NCBI GenBank assembly: GCA_965230955.1 | Contig: OZ246404.1 | Location: 289,184-353,183 of the forward strand | DNA length: 64,000 nt | Direction of reading: 5' to 3' | DNA from: an uncultured Candidatus Saccharibacteria bacterium | GTDB taxonomy: Bacteria > Patescibacteriota > CALEFQ01 | Shown here: piece by piece, positions 1 through 9,918 of the stretch | Position numbering within the stretch: the stretch's first letter is position 1 | How the letters are laid out: every line of letters starts with the position of its first letter | Notes under the pieces: model-generated | The model's database searches: none | What the model saw: only the letters and a program-made list of their open reading frames with translations | What the model was told of the DNA's origin: nothing | Made by a program: the position numbers and the translations under genes

Positions 1-2
1 TG

Positions 3-2159
3 AATCCTAACGATCCGGCTTATCCTAATGACTTCCTGGTATCTCAATGGAATTGGATTCTCAAGAGTGCGACTGTTCGGGTTCAGGCCGGTCCGGTTGT
101 ATCTCCGACACCGACTCCGACACCGACCCAGCAACCTCATGCCAAATTGCAAAAAACAGTGGCGAAAGCCGGCGTGGTCCAGCCGGGCAGTGCCACCACT
201 GTCAAACCGGGCGATACGGTTGAATATACGATTCAGCTGACAAATGACGGCAATCAGGATTTGCACAATATGAAAGTCATAGATAACTACGATACTACCC
301 ATCTGGAAAATATCGCGATTACTCAAGGCGCCCAGTGTCCGACAGTTACGAATGACCAGGTTTGTTTTTCCTTGGGAACGGTGTCGGCTTCCTCTCCGTC
401 CGCGGTGCCGGTGCTGAAGTACACGGCCAAAGTAAAATCAACCGCGCCGCAAAACACGGAAGTTAATAACAATGCCAATTGTATTTCCGATGAATTTCCC
501 GTGACTGGCGGAGGCGGTATTGCCGAAGCTTGCCATGCGTCTGCGATGTTCAAAGTTAACCAAGAAATTTTGCCGGTATCGGGCTATGAATTATGGGTCA
601 ATAAAGAGGTCGACAAGGCTTCTGCCAAGGTTGGCGATAAGCTCACTTATACCACTACCGCTGGCAACAAAGGCAAAAGTTCGGCCAACCATGTCTGGAT
701 GATTGATTCTCTCCTTTTCGCTGAAAACGGGCAGGTCGTCTTATCTCAATTGCAACAAGCCTTTGGGACGCTAAGTTTAAGCGCTAATGTTCTCGAAGTA
801 CAAGGCGCCTTGCAAAAAGGATTAGGCATAACCGATTCGGCTGCCTCCGCGGTTACCGACAATACGTCTCGGGTTTTCAAAAATAAACTTGGCGATGATG
901 CCACAACGGGACTGGAAATTTCTTCGACCGGTCCGGCTCAGGAAATCCTGGATCTCGACCGCGATGGCATCAAGGATACTATTATTCATCTGAAAGATGC
1001 GACTTGGGACGGAACCAGCGGCGGAGTACAGGCGCCTCATACCCAGAAACCTTACACCGGCGTCCGCAAAGATCTCGCGCCCGGTGACCACAAAATCATC
1101 AACACCGGATTAGTCGTTAAATTCAAAGATACCGGCGCGCCTGAAATTTATAATGATCCGGCTGATACGCTGGTCAAAGTTCCGGGTGTCTTGGAACAAA
1201 ATCCGGTTATCGGCGTGACCAAAACCGTTTCCGATACCGATGAAACCAATAAAACCTCAAATACCGCGGTAGCCGGCGAGGCGATGTCCTATACCGTTAC
1301 TTATACCAATACCGGTGCCGGTATGGCTCGCGGCGCTTTCATCGAAGATGATTATGACGAGCGCTATATCAAAATCACCGACGCCGCCGGTTCGCAAGAC
1401 AGCGGTTCGGCTTTGATGTGGTCTCTCGGAAATGTGGCGGCCGGACAAACTGTGTCAAAAACATTCAAAGTCGCCATCAATAGCAACCTGGCCGAGGTCG
1501 GAGCGACCTTCAAAAATGTCGGAATTGTCGGTGCCCAGGGTCAGCCGAATAAATCAGCTGAAACCACCACCACTGTTCCGGTGAAAACTTCTCCCAGCGA
1601 TCAACCGTATCTGGTTGATTCCAAAATTGTAGTTAATGAAAACGGCGGCGCGGTTCAGCCCGGTGATACTCTGCGCTACACGGTGACCATTGAAAACAAA
1701 GGCAAAGCGGCGGCGACCAATGTTTCGGCCGATGACACGCTGCCTTCTTCTCTGGAAAACCTCAAGATCGTAAGTATCCCGACCGGCGCCAAGGATGAAA
1801 CCTCCGGCAATAAAATAAAGATTTCCGGTTTCACGGTCAACGCCGGCGCTTCGGTGCAGATTGTGTATACCGCTCAGGTTAAAGCGGGAGTAGCAAACGG
1901 CACAAAGATTACCAATGACGTGGTTGTACTTTACGGCACTACCGGTGGACGCGCCACCGGCGTAGCCACGGGCCGAGTCGGCTCCGCTTTCACCGGTCCG
2001 AATACCGGTAGCGCTGAGGCCAACTTGATCGAAGCCGGCGTGGCGAAAGCCGCGGAAACCGGCGCCAATTCTCTCACGACCGCTCTGGTTGTGATCGGAC
2101 TGGCGATTGCTACCGGTATCACCGCGGTGGTACTGCGCAAACGGTCATTGGTCAGCTAA
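3..2159 (+). CDS. Surface protein with DUF11 (conserved repeat domain) repeats and a C-terminal membrane anchor; 5' end truncated by the window
   Basis: Frame is open from nt 3 with no upstream stop (..PTPTPTPTQQP..). Repeated motifs V.PGDTV.YTI.LTN.G and V.PGDTLRYTVTIENKGKAAATNVSADDTLPSSL are typical DUF11 repeats. The C-terminus is a TM helix plus basic tail (LVVIGLAIATGITAVVLRKR) preceded by GPNTG. Confidence 0.6.
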   Translation, partial: NPNDPAYPNDFLVSQWNWILKSATVRVQAGPVVSPTPTPTPTQQPHAKLQKTVAKAGVVQPGSATTVKPGDTVEYTIQLTNDGNQDLHNMKVIDNYDTTHLENIAITQGAQCPTVTNDQVCFSLGTVSASSPSAVPVLKYTAKVKSTAPQNTEVNNNANCISDEFPVTGGGGIAEACHASAMFKVNQEILPVSGYELWVNKEVDKASAKVGDKLTYTTTAGNKGKSSANHVWMIDSLLFAENGQVVLSQLQQAFGTLSLSANVLEVQGALQKGLGITDSAASAVTDNTSRVFKNKLGDDATTGLEISSTGPAQEILDLDRDGIKDTIIHLKDATWDGTSGGVQAPHTQKPYTGVRKDLAPGDHKIINTGLVVKFKDTGAPEIYNDPADTLVKVPGVLEQNPVIGVTKTVSDTDETNKTSNTAVAGEAMSYTVTYTNTGAGMARGAFIEDDYDERYIKITDAAGSQDSGSALMWSLGNVAAGQTVSKTFKVAINSNLAEVGATFKNVGIVGAQGQPNKSAETTTTVPVKTSPSDQPYLVDSKIVVNENGGAVQPGDTLRYTVTIENKGKAAATNVSADDTLPSSLENLKIVSIPTGAKDETSGNKIKISGFTVNAGASVQIVYTAQVKAGVANGTKITNDVVVLYGTTGGRATGVATGRVGSAFTGPNTGSAEANLIEAGVAKAAETGANSLTTALVVIGLAIATGITAVVLRKRSLVS

Positions 2160-2185
2160 TACACAGTGAATTTGTTTCTCGATAT

Positions 2186-2269
2186 CCAGGTGTGGCCTGC
2201 CGATTCGGCAGGCTGCACCTGGATTTGTTAAATTGAAAAGCTCTCTCGCGACGGCGAGAGAGCTTTTCA
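2186..2269. terminator. Two tandem GC-rich hairpins: CCAGGTGTGGCCTGCCGATTCGGCAGGCTGCACCTGG (2186-2222) and AAAAGCTCTCTCGCGACGGCGAGAGAGCTTTT (2236-2269), the second with a T-tract
   Basis: Perfect inverted repeats read directly; they lie downstream of the surface-protein gene. Confidence 0.6.
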
Positions 2270-2298
2270 AATATAGCGGGAGGGAGTAGGGTAAGAGT

Positions 2299-3069
2299 AT
2301 GAAGTCCAAAAACACATCCTCTAATGATGCTACGGCTCAAGTTTATGACATTGTCTGGGGGCCATTCACTAATCGAACCAAAACGGAACGAGAAGTGAAA
2401 TTCGTTTCCCGGCGCATTCGAGCCGGCGGAACCATTTTGGATCTGGGCTGTGGCACGGGGCGCCATTTGATTCCTTTGGCCCGGCGCGGATACCGCCTGG
2501 TCGGCATAGATAATTCCCGAAAGATGCTTGATATTCTGCGAAAAAAAATATCCGCGCACATGTTTCCACCCCGCCTGATTTTCGGTGATTTGCAGAGAAA
2601 AATAAAATTGCCCTTGGCTGACGGGGCAATTTGTTTTTGGAATGCTTTTTGTGAAATGGCGCTGACACCGGCGGCGGCCAAGCGAATTTTCCGGGCGGTC
2701 AATCAATCACTGAAAAAGCCGGGGATGTTTTTAATCGAGACGCCTAATCCGTTGATCATGGATTTGCGGGCCGGAGAATTCAGGAATTCGATCAGCCGGC
2801 GCGGAATCAAATATGATATACGGTTTTGGATAAAACATTATGATGTCAGGCGTAAAATTTTGACGGCGGAAGAGGAAGTGACCATTATCCGAAAAGGGCA
2901 GGTGTCGATAAAGCTCCGAGCGGCGTGCCGGCAGAAACTGTGGTCGGCGCGCGAACTCAAACTTTTGGCGCGCCAAGCCGGTTTGGCGCACCAGGAATTG
3001 CGGGGCGATGGTTTTGGCCGATTTTCTCGGGGATCTTCCCGCCATCAGATACAGGTGTTCTCGAAGTAA
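2299..3069 (+). CDS. Class I SAM-dependent methyltransferase
   Basis: Motif I ILDLGCGTGRH and a Rossmann-type layout; GGAGGG RBS upstream. Confidence 0.65.
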   Translation: MKSKNTSSNDATAQVYDIVWGPFTNRTKTEREVKFVSRRIRAGGTILDLGCGTGRHLIPLARRGYRLVGIDNSRKMLDILRKKISAHMFPPRLIFGDLQRKIKLPLADGAICFWNAFCEMALTPAAAKRIFRAVNQSLKKPGMFLIETPNPLIMDLRAGEFRNSISRRGIKYDIRFWIKHYDVRRKILTAEEEVTIIRKGQVSIKLRAACRQKLWSARELKLLARQAGLAHQELRGDGFGRFSRGSSRHQIQVFSK

Positions 3070-3077
3070 TCAAAAAA

Positions 3078-3140
3078 ACTCCCCCCACACTCAGGATTTG
3101 AAATATCCTTTCCAATGCCTGAGTGTGTGGGGAGTTTTAA
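3078..3140. repeat. Hairpin element of the CCCCACACTCAGG family (copy 1) between convergent genes; probable bidirectional terminator
   Basis: AACTCCCCCCACACTCAGG-loop-CCTGAGTGTGTGGGGAGTT. Stem and loop are near-identical to the copy at 59389-59454. Confidence 0.6.
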
Positions 3141-3148
3141 ATTGGAGC

Positions 3149-5323
3149 CTAGGGATTACCCAACATGATGCCGACAACCTTCGAGCCGTTGAGGAGATAG
3201 GCTTTGTTGGTGGTTTCATCTATGGCCATCCCGCGCAGATCGGTGAAGGTATCGGAGATGTATTGGTTTTTCATTTGACCGTCTTTGTCGAAAACCACCA
3301 GGCGTTTGTTTTGAGGATCGAGTATATAAATGCTGGCGGAATTTTCGTTGGTATAAATGGCGGTCGGCTGGTTTAGCGGAGTAGTCATTTCTCCCAGGTT
3401 GAATTCTTGGCGATTGCCGCGCAGAAATTTCAGTACCCGGCCGTCGCTGGTCAGGACATAAACCGAGCCGTCAATAGTGAGGTCTACCGCGCCGCTGAGA
3501 TCAACATCTTCCGTTAGCCAGTTGCTGGGCTTGGAAAAACCGCCGACTGTCAGTGAATGGCGTTGAATTCGATTATTGGCCGGATCAAGCGTGTAGAGCC
3601 GGTTCCCGAAAAGGCTAAGGGCCACGATTTGTTGGTCGGCGGGGAGCTCCGCGTCGGCTTCGTCCACGCTGGTGCCGTTAAAGGTGAAGCTGATCAGGGC
3701 CGGACTCGAGGATAGCAGAGCGACTTCTTTTTCGCTGTTGGCGATTGCTTTCAGCTGACCGGATGTTTTAACTTCCACGGCTTCAAATTTTTTGTCGCTC
3801 AGAAGATAAGTGTAAATTGAAGGCTGATTGGGATTGTATGAGGCCAAATATTTATCAGCCAGGATTAAGCCTTGGGGATTCACTCCGTTGCCCAGAGTGG
3901 AAAAATCTGCAACTGATTCCGGATTTTCCACCAGGGTGATGTGGTTGAGGCGCTGGCGTTCTTTTTCGATTTGGGCCAGAACGGCGGCGGCTTCATCATT
4001 GCGGTATTTAGTGGCTTGGACATCCTCGGCAATCTTTTGCGACTCATCTAATAATTGGCGCGCCTTGGCGTCGTTGCCGTAGATCAGAGCGGCCTGAGCC
4101 TCTTCTTGTTTCTGGCGGGCTTCGGTGGTGAGATTGTTGTATATCGCTCGTTGTTCTTGTGTCTGTTTACCGCCTTGTACCGCGAATAGGCTGATCAAAA
4201 AGGCGATGATCAGCGCCACAACGACAATGAAGAGTATTTTGCTGGTTTTGGGCAGCTTGTTGAACCAAGTGACGAATGATTCCCAGATTACTTTGCTTAA
4301 GTTCTGAATTGTCAGTAATAATTTTTTCCACCAGGGTTTGCGGCGCAAATCGGTATAAGCATAGGGCTTCCGGCTGGTGAGCGGTTCTTGGAGAGAGGGA
4401 GCCGCAGCGGATGGTTTTGGAGTTCTGGCAGTTTTGTCGTTTGACGCGATTTTCTTCCCTTTGAGTAACGGTAAAATTGTATTCTTGGTGCCGGAGGCTG
4501 TCTTGGCCGCGATTGAACGCAGGATGCGTGATGTTCGAGCTAAGGCTCCCGGGGTCTGTCGGGGAGTGGCGCCGGCTCGGGGCGCGCTTTCCGACTTAAC
4601 GGTGATATTTGGCATTGCGGCCGGTGCGGGGAGAGGTGACTTGGCCGGATCGGCTGCACTGACAATCAAGGCCGCCATGGCTTTCTTTTCCTGGAAAGAC
4701 ACCAATTTGCTCTGCAGGTGGCGTGCCGCAATATCAGGGGTAAAACGATCGATAATTTCTTTTATCTTTGGTTTTTCGATGTAGTCGAGGATGGAAGGTG
4801 AGAGAAAGACGAACTTGTCGTCGGGATTGAGTTTGCCGTTGATTATATTTTCGTAAGTTTTGAGAGGGTTGGGTTTTAGCGGAACCGAAGAGCTCTCTTT
4901 ATTGAGATGGGCCAGCTGTTGTCGGCGAACCAGAAAGGCGGAAGCGAGTCCGGAAGAAGTCAGGAATATTTCCTCTCCGACGATGGCGGTGATAACGCTG
5001 TTTAGTTTTCCGATCCAGCTGATTTCTCCGGCGGAGGCGAGGTCGCCCAGGATATCATTGACGCGCTTGATGGCGTACTCGAATTGTTGCTCGGCGGTTC
5101 GCTCGCTGGGGTGGTAGTATTCGTTTTGCATGATGGAAGCGATCGCTTCGGAAATTTCGGCGGTCTTGGGTGTTTTTTCGTCCGAGCTGATTAAGATCAT
5201 TAATCGTCCGTATGGTTCTTCTTCTTTTTCTTCCGGCTCAAAAACAAAAGTTTCAGCGAAGCCTTCGGAGGCATCGGGATTATAAATCAAAAGTTCGCTG
5301 ACGGTGGTATGTAGTTTGGGCAT
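3149..5323 (-). CDS. Membrane-anchored protein with a central TM helix and coiled coil plus a C-terminal NHL/YVTN-like beta-propeller repeat region
   Basis: 724 aa. TM segment FIVVVALIIAFLISLFAV, QEEAQA coiled-coil stretch, and C-terminal repeats of the type YTLDPANNRIQRH and IYILDPQNKRLVVFDKDG. Confidence 0.45.
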   Translation of the reverse strand: MPKLHTTVSELLIYNPDASEGFAETFVFEPEEKEEEPYGRLMILISSDEKTPKTAEISEAIASIMQNEYYHPSERTAEQQFEYAIKRVNDILGDLASAGEISWIGKLNSVITAIVGEEIFLTSSGLASAFLVRRQQLAHLNKESSSVPLKPNPLKTYENIINGKLNPDDKFVFLSPSILDYIEKPKIKEIIDRFTPDIAARHLQSKLVSFQEKKAMAALIVSAADPAKSPLPAPAAMPNITVKSESAPRAGATPRQTPGALARTSRILRSIAAKTASGTKNTILPLLKGKKIASNDKTARTPKPSAAAPSLQEPLTSRKPYAYTDLRRKPWWKKLLLTIQNLSKVIWESFVTWFNKLPKTSKILFIVVVALIIAFLISLFAVQGGKQTQEQRAIYNNLTTEARQKQEEAQAALIYGNDAKARQLLDESQKIAEDVQATKYRNDEAAAVLAQIEKERQRLNHITLVENPESVADFSTLGNGVNPQGLILADKYLASYNPNQPSIYTYLLSDKKFEAVEVKTSGQLKAIANSEKEVALLSSSPALISFTFNGTSVDEADAELPADQQIVALSLFGNRLYTLDPANNRIQRHSLTVGGFSKPSNWLTEDVDLSGAVDLTIDGSVYVLTSDGRVLKFLRGNRQEFNLGEMTTPLNQPTAIYTNENSASIYILDPQNKRLVVFDKDGQMKNQYISDTFTDLRGMAIDETTNKAYLLNGSKVVGIMLGNP

Positions 5324-5737
5324 AATGTCATTCTCAAAATAAATATCTGTTTTTTTGAGGGTGTTTTCTCGAAGCGACAGTTAAAATGCAGATGACCAAA
5401 GACGTAATTTAGTATAGTATCTTTGCCTGGTTTTCGCAAGGGGAAAATTTTTCTCGATTTGGCGTTGATTTGGAAACAATTTTTATGTTTGAGTCTGTTC
5501 TTAAGCCCGTGTCTCGGAAATCGAGGGGAGTGATATAGGGGAATTGGGACTAAAATTGTTCGGGCTGAACAAAATATCTTTACAACTGAACAACGGTCTT
5601 ATATACTAACTAAATATATGTGTTCATCATGTCTCGCCCAATGCTATCTCGGTGTGGCGGATGCTTCCGATCTGGGGCTATTGCTAAATTCGGTATCGGA
5701 GCGGCTTAATACTATTCATAATCCCTAATATTTTCAT

Positions 5738-6316
5738 ATGCTGGAACATCTTTTTAGCTCAAAAGTCCGAATCAAACTTCTCAGTCTCTTCCTGCTCAAT
5801 CCCGACCAGACTTATTATGTTCGGGAATTGACTCGTCGTCTCAATGAGCGAATCAACTCCATTCGGCGGGAGCTTGATAATCTTCAGAAATTGGGCTTGT
5901 TGGTCAGCCATACGGAAGACCGCAAAAAATACTACACCGTTAATCGCGATTTTGAAATTTTTGAAGAATTGCGCTCGCTGATTATCAAATCCGGCGTTAC
6001 GCCGCAGGAAAAAGCTATGCGGATGCTCCAGGCTCTGAAAGGCGTACACTTGGTCATTTTAACCGGCGTTTTTACTCAGCAAAGATTGCCCAAGACCGAT
6101 TTGTTGTTGGTTGGCGCGCCGAAGCGAGAAAAACTTCTGGACGCAGTGGCCGAGCTGGAAAAGACTGTCGGCAAGCAGATTCGGTATTCCGTGATTGATC
6201 AAAATGAGTATGATTACCGCCGTACCATGCATGATTTATTTTTGAGCGATATCGTTTCCAGTGAACACATCAAAGTATTAGATAGAACACCAAAGAAAAA
6301 AGAAGTGAAACAATAG
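5738..6316 (+). CDS. Winged-helix DNA-binding protein (putative transcriptional regulator)
   Basis: N-terminal wHTH-like segment VRIKLLSLFLLNPDQTYYVRELTRRLNERINSIRRELDNLQKLGLL. Confidence 0.4.
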   Translation: MLEHLFSSKVRIKLLSLFLLNPDQTYYVRELTRRLNERINSIRRELDNLQKLGLLVSHTEDRKKYYTVNRDFEIFEELRSLIIKSGVTPQEKAMRMLQALKGVHLVILTGVFTQQRLPKTDLLLVGAPKREKLLDAVAELEKTVGKQIRYSVIDQNEYDYRRTMHDLFLSDIVSSEHIKVLDRTPKKKEVKQ

Positions 6317-6342
6317 TCGCGGCCAATGCTTAGAATACAAGA

Positions 6343-6375
6343 ATAGCCAAGAAAGATAATTCTTGGCTATTTTTA
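6343..6375 (+). terminator. Rho-independent terminator ATAGCCAAGAA-agataa-TTCTTGGCTAT followed by TTTTT
   Basis: Perfect 11-bp stem plus T-tract downstream of the 5738-6316 gene. Confidence 0.7.
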
Positions 6376-6411
6376 GTTTCAGCTATTTTATATGCTTTTT
6401 CGCTTATCCCC

Positions 6412-6440
6412 TTGTCGGAAATATTTAGGTGTGCTATAAT
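6412..6440 (+). promoter_or_regulatory. Sigma70-like promoter TTGTCG-N17-TGcTATAAT upstream of the metalloprotease gene
   Basis: -35 at 6412-6417 and extended -10 at 6432-6440 with 17-nt spacer. Confidence 0.45.
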
Positions 6441-6461
6441 AAGTCTAGGTAAAAACAGCGG

Positions 6462-9140
6462 GTGATCTTATTCATGTATATGAAAGCACCCTCTTTTTTT
6501 AGGCTCAAACAACCGATTGAGCTAGGCTCGGTATTCTTGGCTGTATTGGTAACTTTGTTTTTGGTTAATAATAGCCTAAATGTTCAGGCGCAATTGCCCC
6601 AGGACTTGAATCTTGCCCAACCGGCCGATAAGGCCATTGGTGGTCAAGACGACGGTCGGGCCGATGCGCTTTTTATATTTTCAGCCGAAAGTGATACTCA
6701 GATGCGGACGACAATTGATCAGATTGAACAACAAAACGGCACGGTGACTAATCGTTTTCCGCCAAAAATCGCTTGGGGAAAATTGCCGCGCGACCAGGCC
6801 GGTCAAGTCGATCAGTTGCCGGGAGTCGAGGCGGTTCGTTTCGAGCAGGTCGATCCCTCTGATTTCGGTATTATCGATCCAGCTTCTATGGCCGGAATAA
6901 ATTCATGGAACGCTCATTTTGTGGCGGCGCCGGTGAAACCGGATAGCGGCCAGCCTTTAGTCAAAGATGATCTCGCTCCCGCGCCGAACTTGGATGGTCG
7001 CGCGGCAAAATTGGCTGGTATGGCTCAGCCCGATGCCCGGCAAGCCCGGTCCAATGATGCCTATCGGGCTCCGAACGGTGCCGGGTTTTATGATACGACG
7101 GAATACATGGCCGGCAATATTTCGGTGGCGGTGATTTTGCCCGAGAGTACCGGGGCCATTGACGCACAGACTGAATCCTGGGATTTGGCGCGCGAATCAG
7201 CCGTGGCGACTGAAGTCCAAAACGGCGTCAATTGGTGGTACAATCGAGAGCCGGCGGCGCAGATGTCTTTTACCTATCATTTTTATTACGGACGGACCGA
7301 TAGCCGGGCGCGCACCAGTTATGAGCCGATCACGCGAGCGGCTGATCCGTACGGCGAAAACGGCGAAAACTTATGGGTCAGTGAGATTATGCATAATTTC
7401 GGATATAGCGATTCGCAACGGCTGGACAAAGTCCGTCACTTCAACAACGATATGCGCGAATCGGACGGCTCGGATTGGGCGGTAACGTATTTTGTGGCGG
7501 ACAGTCTCAATGACGGCAATGGCGCTTTTGCCGATAACTATTTTGCCTACATGTGGATCGGCGGGCCGTATTCGGTCATGACTTATGACAACGACGGCTA
7601 CAGCATTTCAAATATGGACGCGGTCACGGCTCATGAATTTGGCCACGCTTTCTATGCCAACGATCAATATTCTTCGGCGTGTTCTTGCGACGAGCACCGC
7701 GGGTATTTGGATTATTATAATTATAACTGTGAAAATTCTTGCCCGCATAATGTTTATAGTATTATGCGCGGCCAGATATATCCTTATTCGGTCGGAGCGG
7801 TCGATATGTACGCCCGGGGGCAACTCGGAATCATCGATACTGAGCGTAATGGAATATTAGATGTGCTGGAAACGGCCCCGGATATTGAAATAGGCGAAGT
7901 GGAAGGGGGAATCGGCACGACCCATCCCACCATGACCGGCAGTACTTCGGTCACAAAAGTGGAAAACAAAAATCCTTACGGTCTGGGGAACGATATCACG
8001 GTGGCTAAAATTTCTACCGTTCAATGCCGGGCGGACGACGGCGAATGGGAAGAGGGCGAGGCGAACGATGGCGGTTTTAATGAAACGTCCGAAGATTTTT
8101 CTTGTTCACTGAATATTTCTCGCGGACGGCATACGATCGAGGTACGTTCCCGGGATAACTATAACAATTACAGCGAGACGAAAAAAATCACCCTTTCTTC
8201 CGGCGAGGCGCGGATTATTACTGTCCCTGGCAACGGCGGCGGACCGCAAGTGCGGGAGTTTTCTACCGCCGGCAAGACTCAACCGGAAAGTTTTTTTGCC
8301 TTTCCTTCTTATACTCGCAACGGCGCTCGGGTCAGTACCGGTGACGTCGATAAAGACGGAGGCGTGGAAATCGTAGCCGGTAGCGGGATCGGCGCCCAGC
8401 CGCACGTGGTGGTTTATGAAAAAAACGGTTCCAAGCGCGGCATCGATTATCGTCCCTTTGCTTCTTCTTTCCGAGGCGGAGTTGATGTGGCCAGCGGCGA
8501 TGTCGACGGTGACGGCAAAGATGAAATTGTCACCAGTCAGTTTACTCAGGGGCATCAAGTAAAAGTTTACCGCTATAATTCCAGCCGACAGATATTGGCG
8601 ACTTTTTCTCCTTTTGGGAAAATCACGGCGGGAGTGACGGTGGCGACCGGCGATGTTGATGAAGACGGGGTTAAGGAAGTAATTTGCGGCGCCAGTGTCG
8701 GGGGCGGGCCGCACATCCGGGTTTATGATATGAAAAACGGCCAGGCGGTCCTGAAATCAAATAGTTTCTTCGCTTTTCATAAAGATTCGCGTACTGGAGT
8801 TGATGTGTCCAGTGGCGATGTTAATGCCGACGGCGTTGATGAAATCGTGGTCAGCCAGCTTTATAACGGCGAGGCTTGGATGAAAGTCTATCAGTATAAT
8901 TCCGCTCGCACCGTTCTTGGTTCCTGGCGAGCTTTTCCGGCGGGCGTGGAGTGCGGCGCCAACGTGGAGATGATGGATGTTGATGGCGACGGACGCAGTG
9001 AAATACTGGTGGGACCGAATACCGGCGGCGGGCCGCAGGTGCGAGCCTTCGAGTACAATGGGACAGCCAAGAGTTTAAATTTCTTCGCTTATAGCAAAAG
9101 TTTCCGCGGCGGCGTCGTGCCGACGGGGGGATACTTCTAA
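6462..9140 (+). CDS. Secreted zinc metalloprotease (HEFGH zincin, M6/M64-like) with C-terminal FG-GAP beta-propeller repeats
   Basis: Signal peptide, then HExxH motif VTAHEFGHAFYANDQY. Repeated [ST]GDVDxDGxxEIV units (TGDVDKDGGVEIVAGSG, SGDVDGDGKDEIVTSQ, TGDVDEDGVKEVICGAS and others) are typical FG-GAP. Confidence 0.65.
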   Translation: MILFMYMKAPSFFRLKQPIELGSVFLAVLVTLFLVNNSLNVQAQLPQDLNLAQPADKAIGGQDDGRADALFIFSAESDTQMRTTIDQIEQQNGTVTNRFPPKIAWGKLPRDQAGQVDQLPGVEAVRFEQVDPSDFGIIDPASMAGINSWNAHFVAAPVKPDSGQPLVKDDLAPAPNLDGRAAKLAGMAQPDARQARSNDAYRAPNGAGFYDTTEYMAGNISVAVILPESTGAIDAQTESWDLARESAVATEVQNGVNWWYNREPAAQMSFTYHFYYGRTDSRARTSYEPITRAADPYGENGENLWVSEIMHNFGYSDSQRLDKVRHFNNDMRESDGSDWAVTYFVADSLNDGNGAFADNYFAYMWIGGPYSVMTYDNDGYSISNMDAVTAHEFGHAFYANDQYSSACSCDEHRGYLDYYNYNCENSCPHNVYSIMRGQIYPYSVGAVDMYARGQLGIIDTERNGILDVLETAPDIEIGEVEGGIGTTHPTMTGSTSVTKVENKNPYGLGNDITVAKISTVQCRADDGEWEEGEANDGGFNETSEDFSCSLNISRGRHTIEVRSRDNYNNYSETKKITLSSGEARIITVPGNGGGPQVREFSTAGKTQPESFFAFPSYTRNGARVSTGDVDKDGGVEIVAGSGIGAQPHVVVYEKNGSKRGIDYRPFASSFRGGVDVASGDVDGDGKDEIVTSQFTQGHQVKVYRYNSSRQILATFSPFGKITAGVTVATGDVDEDGVKEVICGASVGGGPHIRVYDMKNGQAVLKSNSFFAFHKDSRTGVDVSSGDVNADGVDEIVVSQLYNGEAWMKVYQYNSARTVLGSWRAFPAGVECGANVEMMDVDGDGRSEILVGPNTGGGPQVRAFEYNGTAKSLNFFAYSKSFRGGVVPTGGYF

Positions 9141-9206
9141 CAAGTAACTGGTAACAGATAACAAGTAACAAAAAAGACGCCCGCCGATTAGGCGAGAGTC
9201 TTTTTT
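9141..9206. repeat. Heptamer tandem repeat (CAAGTAA-type) followed by a GC hairpin with GCCGATTAGGC loop; bidirectional terminator
   Basis: CAAGTAACTGGTAACAGATAACAAGTAACAAAAAA, then AAAAAAGACGCCCGCCGATTAGGCGAGAGTCTTTTTT, located between convergent genes. Confidence 0.55.
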
Positions 9207-9229
9207 CATTAGTGATATTTTGAGGCAAA

Positions 9230-9658
9230 CTATTTTTCCCGGTAGCGGTAGTCATAAGTCGCGTAGGCGACTGTCAGCTCTTCGCCTTTTTTTATCTCCC
9301 GAGAGGTGGTGAAATTTACGCCCTCTTGCGCTATCTTTAGATTCGGGGCATCGGAAGTATTGAGAAAAAAAGATATATCCATGCCGTTCAGGGCGCAATC
9401 GGGAACGGAAATCATGCCATCGGCTTCGGTCACATAAAAATCATAGATCATTTTTTGGACTTCCGGATCTAATGTTTTTAATTCAGCCGGGCTGAATTTG
9501 TACCATTGATGTTTCGTGACTCCGGGAAAGGGATTGGTATTTTGGGGGATATCTCTGATCGCAAAAATTCCGATTCCGGCGATAGCCGATGTCTTCAAGC
9601 GGCAGTAGGTATTTTTTAGGTTTTCTAATAGTTGTTTCTTGTCGGGTGGCGTAATCAT
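9230..9658 (-). CDS. SET-domain protein (putative protein lysine methyltransferase)
   Basis: SET motifs AGIGIFA (GxG), LNTSDAPN (NHS-like) and EELTVAYATY (ELxxxY). Confidence 0.55.
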   Translation of the reverse strand: MITPPDKKQLLENLKNTYCRLKTSAIAGIGIFAIRDIPQNTNPFPGVTKHQWYKFSPAELKTLDPEVQKMIYDFYVTEADGMISVPDCALNGMDISFFLNTSDAPNLKIAQEGVNFTTSREIKKGEELTVAYATYDYRYREK

Positions 9659-9841
9659 AATTTATATTTATTTCGAATCGACCGCTCCTGAATTATAGTT
9701 AATATGGGAGCAGGTGGCAAATCCGGCTGGTCGGTAAAAATTTTTAAAAATCACAATTTTATCATTCGTTTCAGCTTTTCGGAGCTTGAATAATTTTGGC
9801 TTTGACGGAAGTCGGTGCTAACTCTGTGTATGGGCTAATTA

Positions 9842-9870
9842 TTGACAGAGACCGTCTTGTGTGTTATAGA
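9842..9870 (+). promoter_or_regulatory. Sigma70-like promoter TTGACA-N17-TGtTATAGA
   Basis: -35 at 9842-9847 and extended -10 at 9861-9870, upstream of the AGGAGG RBS and ATG at 9919. Confidence 0.4.
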
Positions 9871-9918
9871 TACATTATCTGAACTGGTTGGCAGTTTCAG
9901 TCTTGAAAGGAGGCGGTT

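Noticed and set aside
2152-2706. 184-aa minus-strand ORF overlapping the methyltransferase gene
   Set aside because: Fully antisense to a plus-strand gene with clear motifs; it also spans the terminator hairpins.
8106-8714. 202-aa minus-strand ORF
   Set aside because: Antisense to the FG-GAP region of the metalloprotease; repetitive GC-rich coding on the other strand generates open frames.
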